Shown here in pieces: positions 51,789 through 63,320 of a stretch of 64,000 bases of DNA (the stretch's first letter is position 1; each line of letters starts with the position of its first letter). Origin of the DNA: Candidatus Thiodiazotropha sp. (GTDB lineage Bacteria; Pseudomonadota; Gammaproteobacteria; Chromatiales; Chromatiaceae); contig JBEVVS010000113.1 of assembly GCA_040507005.1 (NCBI GenBank), positions 33 through 64,032 of the forward strand, read 5' to 3'. The notes below the pieces were generated by a model. It saw nothing but the letters and a program-made list of their open reading frames with translations, was not told the origin of the DNA and ran no database searches. The translations under genes and the position numbers were made by a program.

Positions 51789-52150
51789 CTGTCAAATACC
51801 TCAAATAAAATTCACTTACGTCCGCCTTTTTGGATGGACCTTATCCACGAATCTTAGCAGACGCTATGCTGATCGATTCGGTGACATCTGTAAGGAGGCA
51901 GCGAATATGAGGCGCTATAGGCAGGGCATAGATCGCAGAGTGTGCCCACAATACTTCTCCAGCTAGCGAAATGCAAACCCTATCCTGATCCTGCCTGAAC
52001 GAGAAACATGGCAGGGCCGCCTTGGACAGCAACAAGAATCCACATTGATTGATCTAACTAATTAAAATATATAGATATATTCTAGTCAGCCATGGTGGAT
52101 CCGGGGCCCTGTCAGCGATTCTCAGGCCGGCATACGAGAAGGGCAGGGAA

Positions 52151-53560
52151 TCAGCCGCCCAACAGCGCAGCGACCTCCTTACCCCGTTTGTTGCGTGAAC
52201 GCCGGTGTGTGGAATTGGATCCAGCTTCACTCTGTTTTCGCTGTTTATGTTTGTGAGACGCCTTTGTCTCTGACTGCTTCGCACTATTCTTGGCGGTGTT
52301 TTTGGCGGCGTTGGTTTTATCTGTGCTGCCCCGGTTTTTTGCAGCATGCTTATTTTTATTGTTCTGAGTATGACGCTTGTCGTTTCTTCCCTTCTGAATC
52401 GGTTCGGCTTGGATGGTCGGATCCGGTGCGTAACCGTCGATGACCAGCTGAGGAATCGATGATTTTGTCAGCCGCTCAATATCCTTCAGCAGTTTGAGCT
52501 CATCCACGCAGACCAGTGAGATGGCTTCTCCTTCATTGCCGGCCCTGCCGGTGCGCCCGATGCGGTGTACATAGTCCTCCGGGACATTCGGCAACTCATA
52601 ATTCACAACATGGGGTAGTTGGTCGATATCCAGGCCGCGTGCGGCGATATCGGTGGCCACCAAAACCCGGATTTCACCGGCCTTAAAACCGGCCAGTGCT
52701 CGAGTGCGAGCCCCCTGGCTCTTATTGCCATGAATGGCCGCAGCACTCAGACCATCCCGCTGCAACTGTTGCGCGAGACGGTTTGCACCATGCTTGGTAC
52801 GGGTGAAGACCAATACCTGACGCCAGTTTTGCGAGCCGATCATGTGACTCAGCATCTCCCGTTTACGCCGCTTGTCCACTGGATGTATCACCTGTTTGAT
52901 ACGATCTGCGGTGGTATTTCTGCGTGCGACTTCTATCAGTTCGGGGTGATCCAGCAGCCGGCCTGCCAGCTTTTTGATATCGCTGGAGAAGGTGGCGGAG
53001 AAGAGCAGATTCTGGCGAGCGGTATTGACCGGCAGCAGTGCCAGTATCTTGCGGATGTCGTGGATAAAGCCCATATCCAGCATGCGGTCGGCCTCGTCGA
53101 GTACCAGGATCTCTATCCCTGAAAGGTCCACCGTTTTTTGACTCACGTGGTCCAGAAGTCTGCCTGGGGTGGCCACCAGAATATCGACACCTGCACGTAG
53201 TTTTGCTATCTGCGGATTGATCTTAACGCCACCGAAGATCACGGCTGCAGCTAATCCCGTGTGTCGTCCATAGGTTTCCACGCTATCGCCGACCTGTGCG
53301 GCCAGTTCCCGGGTAGGGGTCAGTACCAACGCCCGCACCGGGCGCTGACCGTCGGATTGGGGTCTGCTGGTCAGTAGCTGCAGTAACGGTAGGGTGAAAC
53401 CGGCGGTCTTTCCGGTCCCGGTCTGGGCCGCGGCCATGATGTCCTTGCCAGCGAGGATGGCAGGTATTGCCTTCCTTTGAATAGGTGTGGGTTGACTATA
53501 ACCCTGCTCGCGAACGGCGCGCAGGAGTTCGGCCGAGAGGCCGAGATTCTCAAATGACAT
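52151..53560 (-). CDS. rhlE: DEAD-box RNA helicase RhlE
   Basis: Q motif [34 protein letters not shown]; basic disordered tail. Confidence 0.92.
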   Translation of the reverse strand: MSFENLGLSAELLRAVREQGYSQPTPIQRKAIPAILAGKDIMAAAQTGTGKTAGFTLPLLQLLTSRPQSDGQRPVRALVLTPTRELAAQVGDSVETYGRHTGLAAAVIFGGVKINPQIAKLRAGVDILVATPGRLLDHVSQKTVDLSGIEILVLDEADRMLDMGFIHDIRKILALLPVNTARQNLLFSATFSSDIKKLAGRLLDHPELIEVARRNTTADRIKQVIHPVDKRRKREMLSHMIGSQNWRQVLVFTRTKHGANRLAQQLQRDGLSAAAIHGNKSQGARTRALAGFKAGEIRVLVATDIAARGLDIDQLPHVVNYELPNVPEDYVHRIGRTGRAGNEGEAISLVCVDELKLLKDIERLTKSSIPQLVIDGYAPDPTIQAEPIQKGRNDKRHTQNNKNKHAAKNRGSTDKTNAAKNTAKNSAKQSETKASHKHKQRKQSEAGSNSTHRRSRNKRGKEVAALLGG

Positions 53561-53566
53561 GGAAAA

Positions 53567-53618
53567 GGCTCCGTAACAGTCTTGCCCTCATTGCGGCAGC
53601 ATCACTGTCGCAGGAGCC
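53567..53618 (-). promoter_or_regulatory. 5' leader hairpin sequestering the rhlE Shine-Dalgarno
   Basis: GGCUCC...ACAGU...CUGCC-loop-GGCAAG...ACUGU...GGAGCC, ending 6 nt before AUG. Confidence 0.6.
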
Positions 53619-53774
53619 GGTTCAGGCTGAAAAAAGTCTCTCTTCAAGCGGGAAGCATTGTCCCAGAAACGGGATAAGCGAACGGCTCAAGGTGTTCTGA
53701 CGACTCAAATATCGTATTGGGCGCAAACCGACTAGGCGCCCCAGCAGAGGGGCATGATAACAGAAATTTATCCG

Positions 53775-55487
53775 TCAGGCAGATTTGCTTCGTTTCTTGC
53801 CTTTACGCGGCGCTTTTTTTCGCTTTTCCGGCTGTTGTACGCGTGCGATTTTCATCTGTTGACCGCATACCCAGGCCCGCTTCAGATCTTGGAAAATATC
53901 CTGGGGCATACCCGCCGGCAGATCCACCAGGCTGAAATCGTCATGGATATCGATATGCCCGATATGCTCGGCATCAAGACCGGCCTCGTTGGCGATGGCG
54001 CCGACAATATTACCGGGTTTGACCTGGTGTTGATGCCCGACCTCGATACGAAATCGTTCCATACCCTGGGCCGGGCGTGCCTTGGGTGGGCGCTGTCGTC
54101 TCTCTTTGCCGTCCTTGGTTTTTCTTGTGGCCCTATCACGGGACGCGGGTTTTTCCCGTTCCGGTTCCAGCAGCAGCGGGCGATCTCCCATGGATAGCTT
54201 TGCCAGGGCGGCGGCTATCTCCAGTGCAGGTACATCGTGTTCCTGCTGAAACTGTTCCAGCAGACTCTGCATGAAGTCGAGCTCCCCGGCTGCGATGGTA
54301 TCGCTGATACGTTGTTTGAAATTGGCGATGCGTTTGTTGTTCACCATCTCATTGCTTGGCAGCTCAAGGGATGCAATTTTTTGTCGGGTTGCCTTCTCGA
54401 TGGCGCTCAGCATGCGTCGCTCGCGGGGGGCGACAAACAGGATTGCATCACCCACGCGGCCGGCACGTCCGGTGCGGCCGATACGGTGGATATAGGCCTC
54501 GGTGTCATAGGGAATATCGTAGTTGATGACATGGCTGATCCGTTCTACATCCAGGCCACGGGCGGCCACATCGGTTGCCACCAGAATATCCAGAGACCCG
54601 CGTTTCAGGCGCTCGACCATCTGTTCACGCTGCTTCTGTACCATATCCCCATTCAGGGCAGCGGCGGCATATCCCCTGGCCTCCAAGCGTTCGGCCAATT
54701 CAGTGGTTGCGGTCTTGGTGCGGACAAACACGATAATGGCATCGAAGGTCTCCACCTCCAGAATGCGGGTCAACGCATCCAGTTTATGCAGGCCGCTCAC
54801 CGACCAGTAGCGTTGACGAATGGTGTCCGCTGTCGCAGTGCGGGTCTTGATCGCGATCTCACAGGGGTTATCCAGGTGGCGCCGGGCAATCCGCTGGATC
54901 TCTTTTGGCATGGTCGCCGAGAACAGGGCCGTCTGATGCTGTTCCGGAATCTGTTCCAGGATCCACTGCACATCGTCGATAAAACCCATGCGCAGCATCT
55001 CATCCGCCTCATCCAGGACCAGGGCCTGAATCGAGTCGAGCTTGAGGGTCCCCTTGCGCATGTGATCCATCACCCTTCCCGGTGTGCCGACCACCACATG
55101 CACCCCGCGCTTCAACTGCCGAATCTGACCGGAATAGTCCTGCCCGCCGTACACCGGCAGCACATGGAATCCCTTGATGTGGGCGGCATAGCGTTGGAAG
55201 GCCTCGGCCACCTGGATCGCCAGCTCCCGGGTTGGGGTAAGGACCAGGATCTGAACATGCTGCTGTTTGGTATTGAGCCTGGCGAGCAGAGGCAGGGCGA
55301 AAGCGGCAGTCTTGCCGGTGCCGGTAGGGGCATGACCCAACAGATCCCGGCCTTGCAACATATGGGGTATGGTCTGGGCCTGAATCGGTGAGGGGGTTTC
55401 GTAGCCGACCGCATCGAGTGCCTTCAACAGGGATCTAGGCAGGTTAAAGTCGCTGAAGCTGGCGGGGTGAGCATTGGTGTCGGACAT
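53775..55487 (-). CDS. deaD: DEAD-box RNA helicase DeaD/CsdA with DbpA RNA-binding domain
   Basis: PSPIQ, APTGTGKT, DEADEML, C-terminal GNIVGAIANE. Start placed at ATG 55487. Confidence 0.93.
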   Translation of the reverse strand: MSDTNAHPASFSDFNLPRSLLKALDAVGYETPSPIQAQTIPHMLQGRDLLGHAPTGTGKTAAFALPLLARLNTKQQHVQILVLTPTRELAIQVAEAFQRYAAHIKGFHVLPVYGGQDYSGQIRQLKRGVHVVVGTPGRVMDHMRKGTLKLDSIQALVLDEADEMLRMGFIDDVQWILEQIPEQHQTALFSATMPKEIQRIARRHLDNPCEIAIKTRTATADTIRQRYWSVSGLHKLDALTRILEVETFDAIIVFVRTKTATTELAERLEARGYAAAALNGDMVQKQREQMVERLKRGSLDILVATDVAARGLDVERISHVINYDIPYDTEAYIHRIGRTGRAGRVGDAILFVAPRERRMLSAIEKATRQKIASLELPSNEMVNNKRIANFKQRISDTIAAGELDFMQSLLEQFQQEHDVPALEIAAALAKLSMGDRPLLLEPEREKPASRDRATRKTKDGKERRQRPPKARPAQGMERFRIEVGHQHQVKPGNIVGAIANEAGLDAEHIGHIDIHDDFSLVDLPAGMPQDIFQDLKRAWVCGQQMKIARVQQPEKRKKAPRKGKKRSKSA

Positions 55488-55605
55488 CGAGAATTCCTGG
55501 TGAGGGCAAGGATGGGCGGCGATAGGCAAAGCCGGGCGGAGCAGTATAATGTTTCGCCTAGTGATTACAATAGCTTATTACAGTTTGCAGGATTAAATAG
55601 CATAA

Positions 55606-56058
55606 ATGACGAAGCTTAAGCAGATTTGGGTCGATGCAGACGCCTGCCCGAAGGTAATCAAGGAGATTCTCTATCGTGCCGCAGAGCGGGTAAATATTGC
55701 CCTGATCCTGGTTGCCAATCAACCGCTGCAGGTGCCGGGTTCCCGCTATATTCGTACGGTTCAGGTGGGAGCCGGTTTCGATATCGCCGATAACTACATT
55801 GTGCAGCAGGTAACCCAGGGGGATCTTGTGATTACCTCAGACATCCCCCTGGCTGCCGAAGTGATAGCAAAGGGTTGCCTGGCCCTGAGTCCACGGGGAG
55901 ATCTCTTCACTGAGGAGAATATCCGCCAACGCCTGAACATGCGTGATTTCATGGATACCCTGCGTGGGAGTGGCATACAAACCGGAGGCCCAGCAGCCCT
56001 CAACCAGTCGGATAGGCAGGCATTCGCCAATCAACTCGATCGATTGCTGGCCCGCTGA
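55606..56058 (+). CDS. YaiI/YqxD (UPF0178) family protein
   Basis: [27 protein letters not shown] motifs. Confidence 0.93.
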   Translation: MTKLKQIWVDADACPKVIKEILYRAAERVNIALILVANQPLQVPGSRYIRTVQVGAGFDIADNYIVQQVTQGDLVITSDIPLAAEVIAKGCLALSPRGDLFTEENIRQRLNMRDFMDTLRGSGIQTGGPAALNQSDRQAFANQLDRLLAR

Positions 56059-56065
56059 GCCAAGA

Positions 56066-56281
56066 CTATTTCAAGCCGACCTTTTCACCGCTGGAGCGGG
56101 TATCCAGGCTGAGTACAGAATAGAGCGGACAGATGGCGAACAGGCCGGTCAGCAACAGAATGACGCCAATCCAACCGATTGGACTCTGTATGCCGTAGAA
56201 GATATTTCCCACTAGAAGAATGCCCACAATGATGCGGACGATACGGTCTGTTTTACCCACATTCTTTTTCAGTAGATCCAT
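56066..56281 (-). CDS. DUF2892 (YgaP-like) membrane protein
   Basis: KNVGKTDRIVR...CPLYSVL. Confidence 0.9.
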   Translation of the reverse strand: MDLLKKNVGKTDRIVRIIVGILLVGNIFYGIQSPIGWIGVILLLTGLFAICPLYSVLSLDTRSSGEKVGLK

Positions 56282-56441
56282 TGCTATTGCTCCTGGTTGT
56301 GAGTGCGAGAAAATCCTACCATATTTCTATTGGGGTTTTATTGCTGCGCCGTTGTTGATTCACAATTGTTTTCACAACCGGCCATCACCAAGGTCGAGCA
56401 GACATACCTAAGACAGGTAATGGAGCAAACCAGGGTTCTCT

Positions 56442-57146
56442 ATGAACGGTAAAAATTTGCATGCAGCATTGCGCAGGTTAGGCGATCCGGCGGTAGCGGT
56501 GCATTCACAACGCTTCTTCAAAACCGGGCAGGGTGAATATGGTGAAGGGGACCTTTTTTTGGGTATTCGAGTCCCCGTCCTCAGGCAGCAGGCCAAACAG
56601 CACCGCCACATCACCATTGAGCAGCTGCTTCTATCCTTGCGCTCCGTCTATCATGAAGAGCGGCTGTGTGCGTTGCTGATCATGGTATTGAAATACCAGG
56701 CTGGAAACGATTTGCAGCGAGAAGCGATCGTTGAGCACTACTTAAGTAACACGCAATACATCAATAACTGGGATCTGGTAGACAGCAGTGCTTATCATAT
56801 TCTAGGTCCGCATCTTGAAAACAGGGACAGAGGCTTGCTCCATGGGTTGGCGAGGTCAGGGAGTCTGTGGGAGCGCCGTATGGCAATTATAGCAACCCTA
56901 TATTTCATTAAAAAACATCAATATAAAGATACTTTAAAGATTTCGTATGAGCTTTTGGGCGACCCCCACGACCTAATCCATAAGGCGGTAGGCTGGATGT
57001 TGCGGGAAGTGGGCAACCGGGATCTAGAGGTTGAGCAGGCCTTCCTCAATGTGCACTACAAAAAAATGCCCCGCACCATGCTCCGCTACGCCATTGAGAA
57101 GTTTCCTGATAAGCAACGCAAAGCCTATCTTCAGGGGACGGTCTGA
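56442..57146 (+). CDS. DNA alkylation repair protein (AlkD-like HEAT-repeat glycosylase)
   Basis: FLGIRVP, INNWDLVD, WERR, IHKAVGWMLRE motifs. Confidence 0.9.
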   Translation: MNGKNLHAALRRLGDPAVAVHSQRFFKTGQGEYGEGDLFLGIRVPVLRQQAKQHRHITIEQLLLSLRSVYHEERLCALLIMVLKYQAGNDLQREAIVEHYLSNTQYINNWDLVDSSAYHILGPHLENRDRGLLHGLARSGSLWERRMAIIATLYFIKKHQYKDTLKISYELLGDPHDLIHKAVGWMLREVGNRDLEVEQAFLNVHYKKMPRTMLRYAIEKFPDKQRKAYLQGTV

Positions 57147-57169
57147 TGAGCAGATTTCATAGCTGCACT

Positions 57170-57220
57170 GTATGAGTGGATGTGTCATACTCGGTATGAC
57201 AAAAATTATTTTCTTCATAC
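57170..57220. promoter_or_regulatory. NikR operator-like palindromes
   Basis: GTATGA-N9-TCATAC (57170-57190) and GTATGA-N15-TCATAC (57194-57220), ending 1 nt before ATG 57222. Confidence 0.75.
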
Positions 57221-57221
57221 T

Positions 57222-57665
57222 ATGGCAACTAGCAATAAGATACGATCGATTCTCCTGCTTTTCCTGATCAGCCACCTGCCAGCTGCCTTGTCCCATGGGG
57301 TGGGATTGACCATGGACCGCCGGGAGGCACAGGTCATCTGGCTCGCGCATGAGGATGATACACCTCTGGCCAACGCCGCTTATGAACTCTCCGTGGTCGG
57401 TGTGAATAGACCCTACCAGAGGGGGCAAACCGATGCATTGGGGAGAGTGGTCTTTATTCCCGGGGATTCCACCCAGTGGCGTTTGCGGGTATTCAGCGAG
57501 GATGGGCATGGTGTGGACAGAACTATTGAATTGACTGCCGGTGAGGCCGTGCACTCTCATCATGAGCATGGATCTTCAGATCTCACGAAATTGATCTTGG
57601 GTGTAGGCGTACTACTCAGCGGATTTGGTTTCTTGATGTTGTTTGCGAAGCGTAATAAAGATTGA
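57222..57665 (+). CDS. Periplasmic/membrane accessory subunit of a Ni/Co ECF transporter (NikL/CbiL-like)
   Basis: Signal peptide followed by His (SHGV), G.TD..GR.VF.P, DGHG, HSHHEHG, C-terminal TM. Confidence 0.7.
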   Translation: MATSNKIRSILLLFLISHLPAALSHGVGLTMDRREAQVIWLAHEDDTPLANAAYELSVVGVNRPYQRGQTDALGRVVFIPGDSTQWRLRVFSEDGHGVDRTIELTAGEAVHSHHEHGSSDLTKLILGVGVLLSGFGFLMLFAKRNKD

Positions 57666-57693
57666 TGCAGTTCACCCATAGCAACTGCTGATC

Positions 57694-58335
57694 ATGCATA
57701 TTCCCGACGGTTTTATCGCGCCACAATTTTACCTGCCGGCCTATGCACTGGCAGGGGGGGGCTGGGTATGGGCGGCACGCGGGCTTAAACAGCGACTGGA
57801 TGAGGAGACCATACCCCGTTTGGCGGTAATCACGGCCTTGGCCTATGTCATAGGGTTGGTCATGCTGCCATTGCCGGGTGGCAGCACCGGGCACCTGGTG
57901 GGGATCGGCATGCTGGCGATGTTGTTCGGTGTCAGGCTCGCTTTTCTCGCCTATAGTCTGGTGCTGTTGCTGCAGGCACTCCTGTTTGGCGCTGGTGGAA
58001 TCACCGCACTACCGGTTAATGCCCTTGCCGTCGGACTTATCGGCGCCATGACAATGACCCTATTCATGGGCTGGCGGAGTGAGCGATATCCGCTGCCATT
58101 CATTGCCGTTGGTGCTTTCCTGGCGGTGGTGTTACCCGCGCTGTTGATTGCAGTGGTGTTAGGCATTCAACCGGCCATTGCACAGCGGGATGACGGCTCG
58201 CCCCTGTTCTTTCCTTTCGGTCCCGAGGTAGTGGTACCTGCGATCCTTATACCGCACCTGGTGATTGGCGGGGTAGAGGCGCTGTTTACCCTGGCCGTGT
58301 GGCGCTATGCCAAGACGAGGGGTTGGTTGGCATGA
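57694..58335 (+). CDS. Ni/Co ECF substrate-binding component (NikM/CbiM)
   Basis: N-terminal MHIPDGF metal-binding motif; GHLVG. Confidence 0.92.
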   Translation: MHIPDGFIAPQFYLPAYALAGGGWVWAARGLKQRLDEETIPRLAVITALAYVIGLVMLPLPGGSTGHLVGIGMLAMLFGVRLAFLAYSLVLLLQALLFGAGGITALPVNALAVGLIGAMTMTLFMGWRSERYPLPFIAVGAFLAVVLPALLIAVVLGIQPAIAQRDDGSPLFFPFGPEVVVPAILIPHLVIGGVEALFTLAVWRYAKTRGWLA

Positions 58336-58883
58336 GTGATCTGCGCTGGTTACTGCTCTATCTGTTCGCGGTGGTAGTGATTACCCTGATACACCAACCG
58401 CTTTATCTGTTGATCGGCCTGTTTGCTGTGGTGCTGTTCTCGGGATCACTTCGTTGGCGTCTGCTGCGTAAGGCGCTGCTCTCCATGCTGGTGTTCAATG
58501 TAACAGTCTCCTTGGGTTATCTGGTGATTGGATTGATGCGGGATGAACTGCGCATGGATTATCTGTTGTTGATCAACAGCCGCGTCTTGCTGCTGGTGAT
58601 GCTGGGGTTTTGGTTGAGCGCCAGGATCAATCTCGCCAATGCCTTGCGATTCTCACCCACACTGGTATTTCTGACCACCTTGGCGGCTGGCCAGATTCGC
58701 CTCATGAGCCGCCTGATCAATGACTATCGGACGGCTTTCGAAAGTCGCTGTCTGAAAAGGCCGAACTGGGCTGAACGCACCAGACTCGCGGTGGCACAGA
58801 CCGAAGCGGTGGTGGAGCAATCCCATCATGCCGCAACAGAGATCAGTCAGGGGATGCGATCCAGAGGTGTGTTCAATGATTGA
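58332..58883 (+). CDS. ECF transmembrane T component (NikQ/CbiQ-like)
   Basis: Multi-TM protein; AFESR and GMRSRG Arg motifs. Confidence 0.85.
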   Translation: MSDLRWLLLYLFAVVVITLIHQPLYLLIGLFAVVLFSGSLRWRLLRKALLSMLVFNVTVSLGYLVIGLMRDELRMDYLLLINSRVLLLVMLGFWLSARINLANALRFSPTLVFLTTLAAGQIRLMSRLINDYRTAFESRCLKRPNWAERTRLAVAQTEAVVEQSHHAATEISQGMRSRGVFND

Positions 58884-59652
58884 GCTGAAGGAGATCGGAT
58901 TCAATTGGCCGGACGGACCCCCTGTGATCAGGGATATAACCTTGCGGGTCGAACCGGGTGAGAAACTGGTAGTGCTGGGTGCCAATGGTTGTGGTAAGAC
59001 AACCCTGCTCAAATTGTTGAACGGTCTCCTGTTCGCCACATCGGGAAGCTATCGTTATAGAGGTGATGCGGTAACCAGGCAACTTGTTCGCAGCGGCCCG
59101 TGGGCGAATCGGTTTCGACGTGAAATGGTGCTGCTTTTTCAGCATCCGGAAGCGATGCTCTTCAATCCCACGGTTGCCGACGAGATTGGTTATGGTCCGC
59201 GCCAACTGGGTATGCCGGAAAGCGAACAGTTGATTCACCAATGGGCGGAACGTCTGGACCTTCGATCCCTACTGAATAAGCCGCCCTACAGCCTATCAGG
59301 TGGAGAGAAAAAGAAAGTGGCCTTGGCTGCAATACTCGCCCTTCAGCCAAATTGCCTGCTGCTCGATGAACCGATCGCCAACCTGGATCCACGCAGCAGC
59401 GGTTGGGTGGTGGATTATCTACTTGCCACAAAGGCAACGGTGATTATCACTACCCATAATCTGAGCATGGCCGCTGAATTGGGTGAGCGCTGTATTGTCA
59501 TGGATGAACAAGGCAGGCTCTGCTTCGACGGTCCGGTCAAGCAGGCACTGGCCGACATGGATCTGTTACAGCGGGCCAATCTGGTGCACCGACACCAGCA
59601 TCGCCACGGTGCGATCAGCCATTCTCACCCCCATGTACACGATTGGGAGTAG
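58876..59652 (+). CDS. ECF ATP-binding component (NikO/CbiO)
   Basis: [20 protein letters not shown]; His-rich C-terminus. Confidence 0.92.
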   Translation: MIELKEIGFNWPDGPPVIRDITLRVEPGEKLVVLGANGCGKTTLLKLLNGLLFATSGSYRYRGDAVTRQLVRSGPWANRFRREMVLLFQHPEAMLFNPTVADEIGYGPRQLGMPESEQLIHQWAERLDLRSLLNKPPYSLSGGEKKKVALAAILALQPNCLLLDEPIANLDPRSSGWVVDYLLATKATVIITTHNLSMAAELGERCIVMDEQGRLCFDGPVKQALADMDLLQRANLVHRHQHRHGAISHSHPHVHDWE

Positions 59653-59660
59653 ACAGAGTC

Positions 59661-60083
59661 ATGACAGATAACAACGAGCTTGCCCGTGTTACCGTATCCC
59701 TCCCCGAGGGTTTGTTACATGAACTGGACAAACGGTTTATCGATCAGGGTTACGCTTCCCGCTCAGAACTGGTGCGGGACATGATCAGGGAAAAGCTGGT
59801 GGAGGAACGGTGGGCCGATGAACAGAAAGAAGTGTACGGTGTTTTGACCATCAGTTATGACCACCATCAACGGGGTTTGACCGAGAAGATCAACCATATT
59901 CAGCATCATAGCTATATCAATGTCCTGTGTACCACCCATGTACATCTCGATCACCACCATTGCCTGGAAACCATCATCGTACGGGGCAAACCCAACGAGA
60001 TAGAGCAGCTGGTCACCAAGATAGGTGGTATGCGCGGGGTGAGATTCTCCAAATTGACCCGAGCCTCGATACCCGCCATGTGA
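59661..60083 (+). CDS. nikR: Nickel-responsive regulator NikR
   Basis: RHH domain (RVTVSLP...SRSELVRD); metal site YDHHQ...[12 protein letters not shown]. Confidence 0.95.
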   Translation: MTDNNELARVTVSLPEGLLHELDKRFIDQGYASRSELVRDMIREKLVEERWADEQKEVYGVLTISYDHHQRGLTEKINHIQHHSYINVLCTTHVHLDHHHCLETIIVRGKPNEIEQLVTKIGGMRGVRFSKLTRASIPAM

Positions 60084-60168
60084 ATCGATAATACCTCTTA
60101 CCCCCGCCTGTTATTTCTTCTATGTTATTCATCAGAAGGGTGAATAAATTGTTCCATGGGGGGCTTCA

Positions 60169-63078
60169 GTGAATAGGGAGCTCGAAGAGCGCATTCAAAC
60201 CATTGGTCATCAGTTGTGGGCTGAGATGCAGTCGAGATCCGGAGCCCGTTCTCGAGGATGGATCGATCGACTGCTGGCCCAATTGCTGGCTGATGATCAC
60301 TTTCGCCTGCAGGGATTGCGCTTTGTCGATACCGTTCCAGTCCTCACCGACGATGCACAGCTGGTGAACCATTTCAGGGAATATTTCTCCGCCATCGACG
60401 ATCGTCGCTTACCGCCGCTTCTTGCATGGGGTATCAGACGCAGCACCAAGCTCTCACTCCCATCAGTGATGGCACCGGTGATCCGCACTGCCATTCGGCA
60501 GGTTGCCCACCGTTTCATCGCGGGGGAGGATGCTGATGGCATACTCGGTTGCGTAGCCAAGCTGCATGGCAAGGGGATTCGTGCAAGCCTGGATATGTTG
60601 GGTGAAGCAACCCTGAGTGAGGCGGAGGCCCAAGTATATCAACAGGCCTATCTCGACCTGATCGCCAGGGCGTCCGAGGGGGGGAAATCCGCCGTTTTGG
60701 CGAGTGATTTGAACCTTTCGATCAAGGTCTCCTCCCTCTATTCTCAAATTTCGGCAGTGGATACGGATGGCAGTATTCGTCAGTTGGCCGAGCGCCTGCG
60801 ACCAATCTGCCATGCCGCCAAGTCGGCGGGATTCACCATTACCCTCGATATGGAGCAGTATGACTATAAAGGGATCATCCTGCAGCTCTTCAAACAGCTT
60901 GCCATGGAAGAGCCGTTCCGCCACTGGGATGGTTTGGGGATTGTGATTCAGGCCTATCTCTGTGACGCGGACAAGGATCTTGCCGATTTCATCTCATGGG
61001 TCGAATTGCGGGGTACACCCGTCATGGTGCGCTTAGTGCGAGGTGCCTATTGGGATATGGAGACCGTGCTTGCCTTGCAGCAGGGGTGGCCGATGCCGGT
61101 ATGGACCAACAAAGGGGATACCGATGCCTGCTATGAACGCTGCCTGGTCCGGCTGTTCGAATCAAGGCTGATACGGCCGGCGGTGGCTACCCATAACTTG
61201 CGCAGTATTGCCTGTGCCATGGCGTTGTCTCAGTCAACGGGAAGAGGCCCGGAGGACTATGAGTTTCAAATGCTCTATGGCATGTCAGACGCCTTGGAAC
61301 CGCTCGTAACCGAGCGCGATTTGACATTACGACTCTACCTGCCTTTTGGTGAACTGTTGCAGGGTATCGCCTATCTGGTAAGGCGCTTGTTGGAAAACTC
61401 CTCTTCTCAATCGATTTTGCCCATGCTGCCGAGCCTGGATATCGCCCAGATATTACAACCTCCAAAGCCAAAGGTGGTGGCTGAATCGGCGACAGTGACA
61501 GGGTTTGTCAATCAATCGCTGCATCGTTTCACCCAACAGGAAGAGCGTGAAAAATTTGCCGCTGCGATCAGGTCCGTAGAGAAGGCGTCGGGTAAAAGCT
61601 ATCCGTTGATGTTAACGGGCCACATCGCTGTACAGGAGCAAAGCATCGATTCCACCAATCCCGCTGACCCGACACAATTGATCGGCAAGGTTGTCAGTGC
61701 CGGCGCGGATGATGCTGAAATGGCGCTCCGCCAGACCCAGTCGGCCACTCGCAGCTGGGGTGCTTTGAGTTTCAGTGAGCGGGCGGAATACCTCGAGCGT
61801 ATTGCCGAGGCCTTGACCGAGCAACGTGACTGGTTTGCCGCATGGGAGGTTAAGGAAGCGGGCAAGGGTTGGGCTGAAGCGGATGCTGACGTGGCGGAGG
61901 CGATCGATTTTCTTCACTATTATGGGGAACGGGGGAGAAAGCTGGAAGCGGGTTATAGCCCATCACTGCCTGGAGAGGAGAATAATCTAAGCTACCAGCC
62001 CCTGGGTGTCGGCGTGGTGCTGCCGCCTTGGAATTTCCCTCTGGCGATCCCCGTGGGGATGCTCTCCGCCGCCATTGTCTGCGGCAATTGTGTGATTCTC
62101 AAACCCGCATCCCAGACGCCTGTGGTGGCCTGGCACTTTTGTCAGCTGCTGCAGCAACTAGGGCTCCCCGAAGGGGTGGTAACCTGTCTCCCGGGTAGCG
62201 GGGCGGAGATCGGAGAAGCCTTGGTGCGGGATCCGCGTACCCATTTTGTCGCTTTCACCGGCTCCAGGGAGGTAGGGCTGCATCTTCATCGGCTGACGTC
62301 ACAGATCACTGAGGGCCAGCGTCATATCAAACGTCTGATTGCCGAGATGGGGGGCAAGAATGGGATCATAATCGATGCCGATGCGGACCTGGATGATGCG
62401 GTTGCCGGTGTCATCGATTCAGCATTTGGTTATCAGGGTCAGAAATGCAGCGCCTGCTCCAGAGTGATCTGTGTGGATTCGATTCATGACAGATTCGTAT
62501 CGCGTTTGTTGGAAGCGATAAAAAGTCTGCGAATGGGGGATCCTAAAGAGCCAGGAAGCAGAATCGGTCCGGTGATCAGTGGTGCTGCAAAACAACGCAT
62601 CATGCAAAGTATCGAAACCGCCAGGATCACAGCAGAACCATACATCATCGGTGAGTGCCAACCAGATCGGGGTCACTACGTTGAACCCGTGATCTTCACG
62701 GATGTGGAGGAAGAGTCCCCCTTGGCGCAAGAGGAGATCTTCGGGCCTGTACTGGCGGTGATGCGGGCGACAGATTTCACCGATGCCCTGCGCATCGCCA
62801 ACAATACCGCCTACGCGCTTACCGGTGGGGTCTATTCCCGACTGCCGTCCCATTTGGCACAGGCGAAACGGGAGTTTGTGGTGGGTAATCTCTACCTCAA
62901 CCGAAAAATAACCCGTGCCATGGTGCAGCGACAGCCGTTTGGCGGATTCAGATTGAGTGGAATGGGATTCAAGGCGGGAGGGCCGGACTATCTGCTGCAA
63001 TTCCTGCAGGCCAGAAATGTGACTGAGAATACATTGCGCAGAGGCTTTGCACCCGACAATGCATCTACTGGTGATTGA
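60169..63078 (+). CDS. putA: Bifunctional proline dehydrogenase / P5C dehydrogenase (no RHH domain)
   Basis: PRODH motifs [30 protein letters not shown]; ALDH motifs EMGGKN, GQKCSAC, EEIFGP. Confidence 0.93.
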   Translation: MNRELEERIQTIGHQLWAEMQSRSGARSRGWIDRLLAQLLADDHFRLQGLRFVDTVPVLTDDAQLVNHFREYFSAIDDRRLPPLLAWGIRRSTKLSLPSVMAPVIRTAIRQVAHRFIAGEDADGILGCVAKLHGKGIRASLDMLGEATLSEAEAQVYQQAYLDLIARASEGGKSAVLASDLNLSIKVSSLYSQISAVDTDGSIRQLAERLRPICHAAKSAGFTITLDMEQYDYKGIILQLFKQLAMEEPFRHWDGLGIVIQAYLCDADKDLADFISWVELRGTPVMVRLVRGAYWDMETVLALQQGWPMPVWTNKGDTDACYERCLVRLFESRLIRPAVATHNLRSIACAMALSQSTGRGPEDYEFQMLYGMSDALEPLVTERDLTLRLYLPFGELLQGIAYLVRRLLENSSSQSILPMLPSLDIAQILQPPKPKVVAESATVTGFVNQSLHRFTQQEEREKFAAAIRSVEKASGKSYPLMLTGHIAVQEQSIDSTNPADPTQLIGKVVSAGADDAEMALRQTQSATRSWGALSFSERAEYLERIAEALTEQRDWFAAWEVKEAGKGWAEADADVAEAIDFLHYYGERGRKLEAGYSPSLPGEENNLSYQPLGVGVVLPPWNFPLAIPVGMLSAAIVCGNCVILKPASQTPVVAWHFCQLLQQLGLPEGVVTCLPGSGAEIGEALVRDPRTHFVAFTGSREVGLHLHRLTSQITEGQRHIKRLIAEMGGKNGIIIDADADLDDAVAGVIDSAFGYQGQKCSACSRVICVDSIHDRFVSRLLEAIKSLRMGDPKEPGSRIGPVISGAAKQRIMQSIETARITAEPYIIGECQPDRGHYVEPVIFTDVEEESPLAQEEIFGPVLAVMRATDFTDALRIANNTAYALTGGVYSRLPSHLAQAKREFVVGNLYLNRKITRAMVQRQPFGGFRLSGMGFKAGGPDYLLQFLQARNVTENTLRRGFAPDNASTGD

Positions 63079-63320
63079 TCCCGGATTCGTAACAATTACA
63101 GAGTGTAAATCTAAGGATAATGCGGCGTACAATGTATATAATCAATGATTGAATATTACTTGCAATATGCCGATTACTAGGATGGCAAAAACATCAGTCA
63201 ATCCAGCATATTAGACCTTATTTTATTGTGGTTTATTATTTGGGAACTATTTTCGCATTCATTCGCTAGAGACAAAAATCATCACCAGTAGATATGAAAC
63301 AATCGCCAGATAAACAAGTG

